Assembly (NCBI GenBank): GCA_964016885.1
Contig: OZ024743.1
Location: 325,004,001 to 325,068,000, forward strand
From: Eledone cirrhosa
Taxonomy: Eukaryota
DNA length: 64,000 bases
Direction of reading: 5' to 3'
How positions within the stretch are numbered: the stretch's first letter is position 1; each line of letters opens with the position of its first letter. Both the position numbers and the translations under genes were made by a program. Positions 38,401 through 52,826 of the stretch are shown here, piece by piece. The notes beneath the pieces were generated by a model, which searched no databases, was not told where the DNA came from, and saw only the letters and a program-made list of their open reading frames with translations.

Positions 38401-39297
38401 GTCCTGTTACGAGATAAGTCTGGCCTGATGGCTGCACCATACCTTGCACATATTGGGACTGTGTGTTGGTTGGGTTTTATGGCTGCTGGTTGCCCTTCCT
38501 AACACCAACCATGTTTAGTGTGGAACTGCGTGGCACTATTATGAGGAGGGTCTGGCCAGTTGTTTACATTTATTATTTGTTTATTATGGGAAATACAGAT
38601 CAATAAAATAAGTGCCAGACTTGAAAAATAATTGCTGGGTCAATACAATCGACTAAATCCCTTCAAGGCTGTGCTCCAGCATGGCCCCAATCTAATTACT
38701 GGAACAAGTAAAATAATAAAGGAATATGCAGACATACACATAGATAAATTCTTGAATTACACTTATTTGACATATAATTTGATCTAAGATTATGCAATTG
38801 TTTTTTGCCATATGTATTATTTTGTGTTATATAACAACTACATGTATATTGTGTGTTCTTGCATCAATGCAATTATTTTATGCTGTTTGTATATTGTGTG
38901 TTGCTATAAGACAACTGCATCAATGCAGTTATTTTATGCCATTTGTATCCTGTGTATTGCTGCATCAATGCAATTGTTTTATGCCACCTGTTTCCTGGTT
39001 TTAGAATAAGTACATCATGTCACAATGTCTTAAGAGGTGACTAAAAGCGTTAATTACAGGAAGGGAATCTAACCATAAAACACTGCTTCAGAAGCCTTAT
39101 ATAACTCATGCCAGCATAGAATGGCAGATGAAAAATGATGATGACGACAACATATAAGCCGTAGAAAACCTGCCAGACAGTCCTATACGAGCGAGACATG
39201 GTCACCCGACCAATCTTGCCTCAAACCCATGCTAGTGTGGAAGATAGACGTTAAACGATGATGATGATGATGATGATATATATATATATACATACAT

Positions 39298-39608
39298 ATG
39301 TATATATAAATGTACATATTGTATATTTAATAATATACTGTATGTTTATTTAAAAACATTTTGAAGGCCTTTCACTATGAATTTAAGGTAGTGACTATAG
39401 CCACATATCTAGCTTCAGCAAAAACAAAGGGAAATAACCGACAATCGTTTCTCGCTGTTTAGCGGTTATCAAGATTTTTGCTGAAGCTAGGTATGTGACG
39501 ACAGTCACTACCTTAAATTCATAATGAAAGGCCTTCAAAATGTCTTAAAACAAATATACAACACGTACATTCATATATACATCGCTGTTTCAGAGCACCA
39601 ACACAAAT
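39298..39608. mobile_element. Diverged fold-back element related to the 310-bp unit, HHR-like motif in the loop
   Basis: Arms ~39298-39424 and ~39475-39582. Loop rc: TTGATAA c-cgct-aaac-agcg-a GAAA cgattgtcgg TT atttc. Confidence 0.75.
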
Positions 39609-39949
39609 ATATATATATGTGAAGGTGCAGGCTTAGTGGTTAGAGCATTGGGCTTGCAATCAAAAGATTGTGAGTTTGATTCTCGGACCGAGTGATGCAT
39701 TGTGTCCTTGAGCAATACACTTTATTTCATGTCGCTCCAATTTACTTAACTGTAGAAATGAGTGCAATGTCACTGGTGCCAAGGTGTATCAGCCATAGCC
39801 TTTCTCTTGGACATCATTGGTGGCATGGAGAGCAGAGACTGGTATGCATGGGCGACTGTTGGTCTTCCACAAACAACCTTGCCCGGACTTTTGCCTTGGA
39901 GGGGAACTTTCTAGGTGCAAATGCCATGGTCATTCGTGACCGAAGGGGG

Positions 39950-39952
<3 letters not shown>

Positions 39953-39994
<42 letters not shown>

Positions 39995-40097
39995 TCTCTC
40001 TCCCTCTCTCTCTCTCTCCCTCCCTCTCTCTCTCACTCTCCCCCCCTCTCTCTCACTCTCTCTCCCACTCTCTCTCCCCCCCCTCTCTCTCTCTTCT
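39953..40097. repeat. (CT)n microsatellite at a SINE tail
   Basis: Seen directly. Confidence 0.9.
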
Positions 40098-40247
40098 ACA
40101 TTGTGGGTGATGATATTTGTTTACATCGCAGTGGCTAGAGGAAGAGCATTCAGCTGTAAAACAACCCATCCAACACATGCCAGCATAGAAAGTGGATGTA
40201 AAAATGATGCCTTCACTCCCATGCAAGCATGGAAAATAAGATGTTAA

Positions 40248-40436
40248 CCCTTTTGCATTTAAACCAGCCACATTTGGCCAGAATTCTCTTACCTCTTTCT
40301 GTTCAAACCAGCTGTAACTGGCCACTCATAGTGATGTTAAGGTATTGTACTCAAAATAAATATCAAAATCTCATAGATTCGATATTATGTGGGGTAAATA
40401 CAGTAGTAAATATAGAGTAATGTAAATGTTAAAGGG
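40248..40436. mobile_element. piggyBac-type MITE, same family as 14665-14849
   Basis: TTAA|CCCTTT...AAAGGG|TTAA; interior is the reverse complement of the 14665 copy. Confidence 0.82.
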
Positions 40437-41877
40437 TTAAACAGTGATAATGATATATATATCCTCATCATCGTTTAACGATGGAAAAAGTTTTGAGAGC
40501 TATTCTGTTGACAACAAAAAGTTTCTCCCTATGAACAAAAGCTGGTTGTATGACACCTGCATGTGAAGTGTGTTGTTGTATGGTAGTGAAACTTGGGCAG
40601 TGAATGCAGAGGCCATTCAAAGCCTGAGGAGAAATGAAGGAAGCCTGCTTTGATGGATTTGCAATGTTAATGGATGAACTGAGAAAAAAACTGTATAAGA
40701 AGAATCAGAAGTAGTATGCAACAGAGGAGACTACACAGGTATGGACATGTGATGCACATGGATGATGATCATTGTGTGAAAAAGTGCCAGGAAATCCTAG
40801 TGGAAGGAAGCCACAGTAGAGGAAGACCTAGGATAACCTGGGCAGAGGTGGTGAGAATTGTTCTCAAAGCTCAGTGAAGATGATAAAGGAGAGGTGTTAT
40901 GCTGAAAAGGACCTGTCCAACCAAAGCAAGCATGGAAAAGTTGACATAAAAATAATGGTTTCTTATATAGGCACAAGGTCAGCAATTTTGGGGGAGGGGA
41001 AAGTCGATTAAATCAACCTCAGTACGTGACTGGTACTTTATTTTATCGACCCCGTAAGGATGAAAGGCAAAATTAACCAACCTCGGTGGGATTTGAACTC
41101 AGATCATAAAGGACCGTAACTCTTTGGTGCAAGGCATGGCGTCCGACCCTCTACCGATACTGCCAATCCACTGCCCTTGACATAAAAACAATGATATGTA
41201 TATAGGTTGAACAACACACCTTTTCATGTATCAGTTTTACCAATGGTAGTAGTAGTAGCAGTAGTAGTAGTCAGATTGTATGTCCTGTTGGTCTGTCAAC
41301 CCAACTGATATTTTTTACCTACTAAACTATTCTTAGTTGTTCCTCTCCTGCATATATATTGGACTTGAACCCAAGTAGGTGGAAGAGGGGTGAGCACTGT
41401 TTTTGTTTGTTTGTTTACCAACCATAATGTTTCTGTTTCTATGTGTTGTCTCAGTTACTTCCTATCCACCTACTTTGTGTAAACTCATGATTAAGTCATG
41501 CCTCTATTTTACATACAATATTTACTGTGTACCATATACAGTGTGAACACAACATGGCCAAATAGCTAAAAAGTTTGATTTGCAAGCATTAGGTTGCAGT
41601 TTAAATTATGACTAAGATAAAGGTAGAACCTCTTAACTTCAAAATCCACATGATTGAATGAACTTGCTACATCATCATCATCATCATCTTCGTTTAACGT
41701 CCATTTTCCACGCTAGCATGGGTTAGACGGGAGTTGTCCCACTTGAGGCAAGGCTGGTCGGGTGACTGTGTCTCACTCGTATAGGACTATCTGACAGGTT
41801 TTCTACAGCTGGATGCCCTTTATATATATAAGGGAAAGAAATTGAAAAATGCAACTGGAGTCTTTTAAGAATATTTA

Positions 41878-41922
41878 TTTACTCTACCGGTTTCACAGTT
41901 TAATGTGATTTTCAAAAGTAAA
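41878..41922 (-). ncRNA. Type I hammerhead with U3-A8 variant core
   Basis: rc: tttactt TTGAAAA tc-aca-ttaaac-tgt GAAA ccgg TA gagtaaa; 7-bp stem I; AATAAA overlaps the 3' end; ~135-bp insert between (TA)n runs. Confidence 0.68.
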
Positions 41923-42950
41923 ATTGAGATGAAGGGTTTGTGTTTCTGTTGTGTGTCTCGCATCTATATATTTATATATATATATACATACATGTGTGTA
42001 TATTGAGGGAATAAAGTTAATATAAAGAATGATGTGCTTGTGTGCAGAGATGCTATAAAATAGGGTGAAGACCTTTAAAGACGGAAAAAGGAGTTGCCAC
42101 CAGTTGCTATCTGGGAGATATGTGGTTCCTCATAGTAAGCAGTGACAACTTCCATCTTTAAGGTCTTTACCCTATTTTATAAGCTATATTATATCATCTC
42201 CATGCATGAGTACACCATTTTATCTGTTAGACACTCAGTGACTAACAACAGAATGTTTTAAGTCTGCGTGTCTGACATATATGTGTAGCTTGTGAATAAA
42301 AAATTCAAGGGGTGTCACTGGCTGTGGTGATGATCGCTGCCAAACACGTTTTGTAATGTATCTTATTGGCTAATCAACCAACAAGAGTAATTGTTGCTCA
42401 AAAGCATCCGCCATTTTGTTTGCACGTTTATTTATCATTTCGCTTTCGAATCTTCCTCCTGTATTTCGTTGTTTATCATCAAAATATTTTTCTCGTTTTG
42501 GTAAGTTATATTATTAATTTATATATGATTTTTAAAATTTATATTAACTATTTTTTTTCAGTTCGTTATAACATGCTTATAATATTGGTTGTATCATATT
42601 TACTTGTATATTTGTCCATATTATTGTTCGTTTTATGTTAGATTATTTTATTATTAGTATGTTAGATTATTTTTTTATTATTATGTTAGACTATTTGTAT
42701 GTAATATTTAATTTTTATTAATTCAACTATAACAATTATTATGTAAAATATATTTATTTAATATTGATTGTTTTTTATAGTTGTTTATATTAAAAGTCTG
42801 AAAATATTTTTATACATCTTACAATAATATTTATAAGATCATTTATAAAATAACAATTATATAATCTAATTACATTACAACGATAATTTATTATTAATAT
42901 ATATCATGTTTAACTAGAGTTATTACAAGCGTTGCCTTAAAAAATATTAA

Positions 42951-43388
42951 ACTAGACCTGAAAAATGCGCAAGCTCAAAAGAGCCACAGAATAAACCTTC
43001 AAAAGTGTGGAACTAGAGTTGTTGCTAAAAAATATTGTAATCATTATCTATCGTACACTCTGTGGCATCCTTTTATAAAAAAGAGACTCGTAACGAACTC
43101 AAGACGACACGATAATTATTTAAGTGAATTTATAATATAGAATTCGGTTTAAGTGCATTTCGTATTAATCATTACTAAACATCTAATATGAGATATTGAA
43201 CATTAGCTTAAATAATTATCATGTTGTCTTGAGTTCGTTATGAGTCTCTTTTTTATAAAAGGATGCCACAGAGTGTACGATAGATAATGATTACAATATT
43301 TTTGAGCAACAACTCTAGTTCCACACTTTTGAAGGTTTATTATAACATTCTGTGGCTCTTTTGAGCTTACACATTTTTCAGGTCTAGT
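42951..43388. repeat. Long inverted repeat (~175-bp arms, 82-bp spacer) ending in (TA)n
   Basis: 42951-43124 is the reverse complement of 43207-43388 with few differences. Confidence 0.88.
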
Positions 43389-43586
43389 ATATATATATAG
43401 GAAAAGGTTCAGGACCCTGACGTTTCGACGACTATTTCTGGACTAAATTAGTGGCTTGAGCTCTGCCGTCGGGGTCCTGAACCTTTTCCTAGTACCCACT
43501 CAACTACCCACAGTATCGAGTACTCTGGTGCATTATGATCCACCTGGTTCCTTACCACACTTCCTTCGTTTATATATATATATATA

Positions 43587-44206
43587 TGGGACGAGCTGAT
43601 AAATTCCGACCTCACACGCTTACACCTCTCCAAGACAATGTCACTGGACCGAGACCTTTGGCGGTACTCAGTAATAGAGAAGACCCGCCTTACCTAAATA
43701 CAAAGTAAAAACCTACTACAGTCAGTAGGCATCTCTATCAAAACACACCCCCGTCCCACCACCTCCACCCCACCCACACCGCCCCTTTCAATGTAAAGTT
43801 ATGTTGGTCCCACAACATCCAGGCCGAAACAAATGAGATCGTGTAGGTGTCACGACAAAAAACACACAGTCCACGCTGTAAATGTGGCCGTGTAGGCAAC
43901 ACGGTAAAAACCTCCCAGCCCCACACTGTAAATGTGGTTGGTGTTAGGAAGGGCATCCAGCTGTAGAAAACCCGCCAGACAGTCCACGCTGTAATGTGGC
44001 CGTGTAGGCAACACGGTAAAAACCTCCCAGCCCCACACTGTAAATGTGGTTGGTGTTAGGAAGGGCATCCAACTGTAGAAAACCCGCCAGACAGTCCTAT
44101 GCGAGCAAGACAACCACTCTTGCCTCAAGTGGGAAAACCCCCGTCCAAACCCATGCAAGCGTGGAACACGGACGCTAAACCTGATGATGATGATGATGAT
44201 GATGAT
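43587..44206 (+). mobile_element. Third 3' fragment of the same RTE LINE with an internal ~110-bp tandem duplication
   Basis: Matches 56192-56659; duplicated block cagtccacgctgtaa...cccgccaga; (GAT)n tail. Confidence 0.9.
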
Positions 44207-44279
44207 ATATAAACGGAAAAAATGAAACAAAATTTCATTTCTCACTCTTAGTACGGCTGTTACTTAAATATAAGTATGT

Positions 44280-44861
44280 ATACGTACATACATATATGTA
44301 TACAGACGCACAGTAGTATGTATATATATACATACATGCACACATATATATATACGTATGGATTCACCGAACATTTATTATAATGCTCGGTGTGTTTGTA
44401 AACAAACATCCCGAATTAAGCCGTACAGTGTCTACCAACCATCGTTGCTCATTTGTTCAACACTGACAAAGGAACGCTGTACTAGTTTCAAGCTTATTAG
44501 CTATTGTCAACAACGTATACCTTCCTGCCAGATGGTTGAACATCTGAAAGTATATACTTTATACTTTCCTTATGCATAAGGAAAGTATATACTTTCAGAC
44601 GTTCAACCATCTGGCAGGAAGGTATATGTTGCTGACGATAGCTAATAAGCTTGAAACTAGTACAGCGTTCCTTTGTCAGTGTTGAACAAATGAGCAACGA
44701 TGGTTGCTAGACACTACGGCTTAATTCGGGATGTTTGTTTACAAACACACCGAGCATTATAATAAATGTTCGGTGAATCCATACGTACATATATATATGT
44801 GTGTATGTATATATATATATACATACTACTGTGCGTCTATATACATATATGTATGTACGTA

Positions 44862-44862
<1 letters not shown>
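44280..44862. mobile_element. Fold-back palindrome (~290-bp arms) with two inverted hammerheads
   Basis: Centre ccttatg|cataagg at 44574/44575; HHRs at 44474-44516 (-) and 44626-44668 (+). Confidence 0.9.
44626..44668 (+). ncRNA. Type I hammerhead ribozyme
   Basis: atgttg CTGACGA t-agct-aata-agct-t GAAA ctag TA cagcgt. Confidence 0.87.
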
Positions 44863-46079
<1,217 letters not shown>

Positions 46080-49000
46080 GTGAATATAGACATAGAATAT
46101 TCGAAAATATTCTGTATGTTTATAATAAACATTTTGAAGACCTAATCGCTATAGAATAGAATACGTCACGTATTACAATTAGATTCTCGATAAAAGCAAG
46201 GGAAGTAATCTACGCGTTTCATTCTTATTAGAAATCTTCAGGACTACATATCCAGTGCTTTTATCGAGAATGACACAGCTAGAGACTTATAGAATACTTA
46301 GCTGTGTACAGGAACTGGTTTGAAAGAGCGGTTGCCGGTCCGGCAGAAATTAGAAATTGGAATAAATGCTCTGAAATAGCGATATATATGTGAATATAGA
46401 CATAGAATATTCGAAAATATTCTGTATGTTTATAATAAACATTTTGAAGACCTAATCGCTATAGAATAGAATACGTCACGTATTACAATTAGATTCTCGA
46501 TAAAAGCAAGGGAAGTAATCTACGCGTTTCATTCTTATTAGAAATCTTCAGGACTACATATCCAGTGCTTTTATCGAGAATGACACAGCTAGAGACTTAT
46601 AGAATACTTAGCTGTGTACAGGAACTGGTTTGAAAGAGCGGTTGCCGGTCCGGCAGAAATTAGAAATTGGAATAAATGCTCTGAAATAGCGATATATATG
46701 TGAATATAGACATAGAATATTCGAAAATATTCTGTATGTTTATAATAAACATTTTGAAGACCTAATCGCTATAGAATAGAATACGTCACGTATTACAATT
46801 AGATTCTCGATAAAAGCAAGGGAAGTAATCTACGCGTTTCATTCTTATTAGAAATCTTCAGGACTACATATCCAGTGCTTTTATCGAGAATGACACAGCT
46901 AGAGACTTATAGAATACTTAGCTGTGTACAGGAACTGGTTTGAAAGAGCGGTTGCCGGTCCGGCAGAAATTAGAAATTGGAATAAATGCTCTGAAATAGC
47001 GATATATATGTGAATATAGACATAGAATATTCGAAAATATTCTGTATGTTTATAATAAACATTTTGAAGACCTAATCGCTATAGAATAGAATACGTCACG
47101 TATTACAATTAGATTCTCGATAAAAGCAAGGGAAGTAATCTACGCGTTTCATTCTTATTAGAAATCTTCAGGACTACATATCCAGTGCTTTTATCGAGAA
47201 TGACACAGCTAGAGACTTATAGAATACTTAGCTGTGTACAGGAACTGGTTTGAAAGAGCGGTTGCCGGTCCGGCAGAAATTAGAAATTGGAATAAATGCT
47301 CTGAAATAGCGATATATATGTGAATATAGACATAGAATATTCGAAAATATTCTGTATGTTTATAATAAACATTTTGAAGACCTAATCGCTATAGAATAGA
47401 ATACGTCACGTATTACAATTAGATTCTCGATAAAAGCAAGGGAAGTAATCTACGCGTTTCATTCTTATTAGAAATCTTCAGGACTACATATCCAGTGCTT
47501 TTATCGAGAATGACACAGCTAGAGACTTATAGAATACTTAGCTGTGTACAGGAACTGGTTTGAAAGAGCGGTTGCCGGTCCGGCAGAAATTAGAAATTGG
47601 AATAAATGCTCTGAAATAGCGATATATATGTGAATATAGACATAGAATATTCGAAAATATTCTGTATGTTTATAATAAACATTTTGAAGACCTAATCGCT
47701 ATAGAATAGAATACGTCACGTATTACAATTAGATTCTCGATAAAAGCAAGGGAAGTAATCTACGCGTTTCATTCTTATTAGAAATCTCCAGGACTACATA
47801 TCCAGTGCTTTTATCGAGAATGACACAGCTAGAGACTTATAGAATACTTAGCTGTGTACAGGAACTGGTTTGAAAGAGCGGTTGCCGGTCCGGCAGAAAT
47901 TAGAAATTGGAATAAATGCTCTGAAATAGCGATATATATGTGAATATAGACATAGAATATTCGAAAATATTCTGTATGTTTATAATAAACATTTTGAAGA
48001 CCTAATCGCTATAGAATAGAATACGTCACGTATTACAATTAGATTCTCGATAAAAGCAAGGGAAGTAATCTACGCGTTTCATTCTTATTAGAAATCTTCA
48101 GGACTACATATCCAGTGCTTTTATCGAGAATGACACAGCTAGAGACTTATAGAATACTTAGCTGTGTACAGGAACTGGTTTGAAAGAGCGGTTGCCGGTC
48201 CGGCAGAAATTAGAAATTGGAATAAATGCTCTGAAATAGCGATATATATGTGAATATAGACATAGAATATTCGAAAATATTCTGTATGTTTATAATAAAC
48301 ATTTTGAAGACCTAATCGCTATAGAATAGAATACGTCACGTATTACAATTAGATTCTCGATAAAAGCAAGGGAAGTAATCTACGCGTTTCATTCTTATTA
48401 GAAATCTTCAGGACTACATATCCAGTGCTTTTATCGAGAATGACACAGCTAGAGACTTATAGAATACTTAGCTGTGTACAGGAACTGGTTTGAAAGAGCG
48501 GTTGCCGGTCCGGCAGAAATTAGAAATTGGAATAAATGCTCTGAAATAGCGATATATATGTGAATATAGACATAGAATATTCGAAAATATTCTGTATGTT
48601 TATAATAAACATTTTGAAGACCTAATCGCTATAGAATAGAATACGTCACGTATTACAATTAGATTCTCGATAAAAGCAAGGGAAGTAATCTACGCGTTTC
48701 ATTCTTATTAGAAATCTTCAGGACTACATATCCAGTGCTTTTATCGAGAATAACACAGCTAGAGACTTATAGAATACTTAGCTGTGTACAGGAACTGGTT
48801 TGAAAGAGCGGTTGCCGGTCCGGCAGAAATTAGAAATTGGAATAAATGCTCTGAAATAGCGATATATATGTGAATATAGACATAGAATATTCGAAAATAT
48901 TCTGTATGTTTATAATAAACATTTTGAAGACCTAATCGCTATAGAATAGAATACGTCACGTATTACAATTAGATTCTCGATAAAAGCAAGGGAAGTAATC

Positions 49001-52000
49001 TACGCGTTTCATTCTTATTAGAAATCTTCAGGACTACATATCCAGTGCTTTTATCGAGAATGACACAGCTAGAGACTTATAGAATACTTAGCTGTGTACA
49101 GGAACTGGTTTGAAAGAGCGGTTGCCGGTCCGGCAGAAATTAGAAATTGGAATAAATGCTCTGAAATAGCGATATATATGTGAATATAGACATAGAATAT
49201 TCGAAAATATTCTGTATGTTTATAATAAACATTTTGAAGACCTAATCGCTATAGAATAGAATACGTCACGTATTACAATTAGATTCTCGATAAAAGCAAG
49301 GGAAGTAATCTACGCGTTTCATTCTTATTAGAAATCTTCAGGACTACATATCCAGTGCTTTTATCGAGAATGACACAGCTAGAGACTTATAGAATACTTA
49401 GCTGTGTACAGGAACTGGTTTGAAAGAGCGGTTGCCGGTCCGGCAGAAATTAGAAATTGGAATAAATGCTCTGAAATAGCGATATATATGTGAATATAGA
49501 CATAGAATATTCGAAAATATTCTGTATGTTTATAATAAACATTTTGAAGACCTAATCGCTATAGAATAGAATACGTCACGTATTACAATTAGATTCTCGA
49601 TAAAAGCAAGGGAAGTAATCTACGCGTTTCATTCTTATTAGAAATTTTCAGGACTACATATCCAGTGCTTTTATCGAGAATGACACAGCTAGAGACTTAT
49701 AGAATACTTAGCTGTGTACAGGAACTGGTTTGAAAGAGCGGTTGCCGGTCCGGCAGAAATTAGAAATTGGAATAAATGCTCTGAAATAGCGATATATATG
49801 TGAATATAGACATAGAATATTCGAAAATATTCTGTATGTTTATAATAAACATTTTGAAGACCTAATCGCTATAGAATAGAATACGTCACGTATTACAATT
49901 AGATTCTCGATAAAAGCAAGGGAAGTAATCTACGCGTTTCATTCTTATTAGAAATCTTCAGGACTACATATCCAGTGCTTTTATCGAGAATGACACAGCT
50001 AGAGACTTATAGAATACTTAGCTGTGTACAGGAACTGGTTTGAAAGAGCGGTTGCCGGTCCGGCAGAAATTAGAAATTGGAATAAATGCTCTGAAATAGC
50101 GATATATATGTGAATATAGACATAGAATATTCGAAAATATTCTGTATGTTTATAATAAACATTTTGAAGACCTAATCGCTATAGAATAGAATACGTCACG
50201 TATTACAATTAGATTCTCGATAAAAGCAAGGGAAGTAATCTACGCGTTTCATTCTTATTAGAAATCTTCAGGACTACATATCCAGTGCTTTTATCGAGAA
50301 TGACACAGCTAGAGACTTATAGAATACTTAGCTGTGTACAGGAACTGGTTTGAAAGAGCAGTTGCCGGTCCGGCAGAAATTAGAAATTGGAATAAATGCT
50401 CTGAAATAGCGATATATATGTGAATATAGACATAGAATATTCGAAAATATTCTGTATGTTTATAATAAACATTTTGAAGACCTAATCGCTATAGAATAGA
50501 ATACGTCACGTATTACAATTAGATTCTCGATAAAAGCAAGGGAAGTAATCTACGCGTTTCATTCTTATTAGAAATCTTCAGGACTACATATCCAGTGCTT
50601 TTATCGAGAATGACACAGCTAGAGACTTATAGAATACTTAGCTGTGTACAGGAACTGGTTTGAAAGAGCGGTTGCCGGTCCGGCAGAAATTAGAAATTGG
50701 AATAAATGCTCTGAAATAGCGATATATATGTGAATATAGACATAGAATATTCGAAAATATTCTGTATGTTTATAATAAACATTTTGAAGACCTAATCGCT
50801 ATAGAATAGAATACGTCACGTATTACAATTAGATTCTCGATAAAAGCAAGGGAAGTAATCTACGCGTTTCATTCTTATTAGAAATCTTCAGGACTACATA
50901 TCCAGTGCTTTTATCGAGAATGACACAGCTAGAGACTTATAGAATACTTAGCTGTGTACAGGAACTGGTTTGAAAGAGCAGTTGCCGGTCCGGCAGAAAT
51001 TAGAAATTGGAATAAATGCTCTGAAATAGCGATATATATGTGAATATAGACATAGAATATTCGAAAATATTCTGTATGTTTATAATAAACATTTTGAAGA
51101 CCTAATCGCTATAGAATAGAATACGTCACGTATTACAATTAGATTCTCGATAAAAGCAAGGGAAGTAATCTACGCGTTTCATTCTTATTAGAAATCTTCA
51201 GGACTACATATCCAGTGCTTTTATCGAGAATGACACAGCTAGAGACTTATAGAATACTTAGCTGTGTACAGGAACTGGTTTGAAAGAGCGGTTGCCGGTC
51301 CGGCAGAAATTAGAAATTGGAATAAATGCTCTGAAATAGCGATATATATGTGAATATAGACATAGAATATTCGAAAATATTCTGTATGTTTATAATAAAC
51401 ATTTTGAAGACCTAATCGCTATAGAATAGAATACGTCACGTATTACAATTAGATTCTCGATAAAAGCAAGGGAAGTAATCTACGCGTTTCATTCTTATTA
51501 GAAATCTTCAGGACTACATATCCAGTGCTTTTATCGAGAATGACACAGCTAGAGACTTATAGAATACTTAGCTGTGTACAGGAACTGGTTTGAAAGAGCG
51601 GTTGCCGGTCCGGCAGAAATTAGAGATTGGAATAAATGCTCTGAAATAGCGATATATATGTGAATATAGACATAGAATATTCGAAAATATTCTGTATGTT
51701 TATAATAAACATTTTGAAGACCTAATCGCTATAGAATAGAATACGTCACGTATTACAATTAGATTCTCGATAAAAGCAAGGGAAGTAATCTACGCGTTTC
51801 ATTCTTATTAGAAATCTTCAGGACTACATATCCAGTGCTTTTATCGAGAATGACACAGCTAGAGACTTATAGAATACTTAGCTGTGTACAGGAACTGGTT
51901 TGAAAGAGCGGTTGCCGGTCCGGCAGAAATTAGAAATTGGAATAAATGCTCTGAAATAGCGATATATATGTGAATATAGACATAGAATATTCGAAAATAT

Positions 52001-52826
52001 TCTGTATGTTTATAATAAACATTTTGAAGACCTAATCGCTATAGAATAGAATACGTCACGTATTACAATTAGATTCTCGATAAAAGCAAGGGAAGTAATC
52101 TACGCGTTTCATTCTTATTAGAAATCTTCAGGACTACATATCCAGTGCTTTTATCGAGAATGACACAGCTAGAGACTTATAGAATACTTAGCTGTGTACA
52201 GGAACTGGTTTGAAAGAGCGGTTGCCGGTCCGGCAGAAATTAGAAATTGGAATAAATGCTTTGAAATAGCGATATATATGTGAATATAGACATAGAATAT
52301 TCGAAAATATTCTGTATGTTTATAATAAACATTTTGAAGACCTAATCGCTATAGAATAGAATACGTCACGTATTAAAATTAGATTCTCGATAAAAGCAAG
52401 GGAAGTAATCTACGCGTTTCATTCTTATTAGAAATCTTCAGGACTACATATCCAGTGCTTTTATCGAGAATGACACAGCTAGAGACTTATAGAATACTTA
52501 GCTGTGTACAGGAACTGGTTTGAAAGAGCGGTTGCCGGTCCGGCAGAAATTAGAAATTGGAATAAATGCTCTGAAATAGCGATATATATGTGAATATAGA
52601 CATAGAATATTCGAAAATATTCTGTATGTTTATAATAAACATTTTGAAGACCTAATCGCTATAGAATAGAATACGTCACGTATTACAATTAGATTCTCGA
52701 TAAAAGCAAGGGAAGTAATCTACGCGTTTCATTCTTATTAGAAATCTTCAGGACTACATATCCAGTGCTTTTATCGAGAATGACACAGCTAGAGACTTAT
52801 AGAATACTTAGCTGTGTACAGGAACT
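46080..52826 (-). repeat. 310-bp tandem array, 21 full units plus a partial unit, one hammerhead per unit (retrozyme-like)
   Basis: Unit start gtgaatatagac recurs at 46080, 46390 ... 52590 (exact period 310). Only about 8 substitutions seen across the array. Confidence 0.97.
46205..46247 (-). ncRNA. Type I hammerhead ribozyme, first of 22 copies spaced 310 bp apart
   Basis: Reverse complement reads gtagtc CTGAAGA t-ttct-aata-agaa-t GAAA cgcg TA gattac: 6-bp stem I, intact core, 4-bp stem II, palindromic stem III, GUA cleavage triplet. Confidence 0.93.

Noticed and set aside
39692-40325. Ser/Leu-rich ORFs
   Set aside because: SINE plus (CT)n microsatellite.
42320-42360. HHR-like gtgatga...caaacacgtt
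   Set aside because: Core mismatches and no stem I pairing.
46080-52826. CRISPR array or rDNA/snRNA gene cluster
   Set aside because: Units are identical end to end with no unique spacers, the context is eukaryotic, and I see no similarity to 5S rRNA, tRNA or snRNA.
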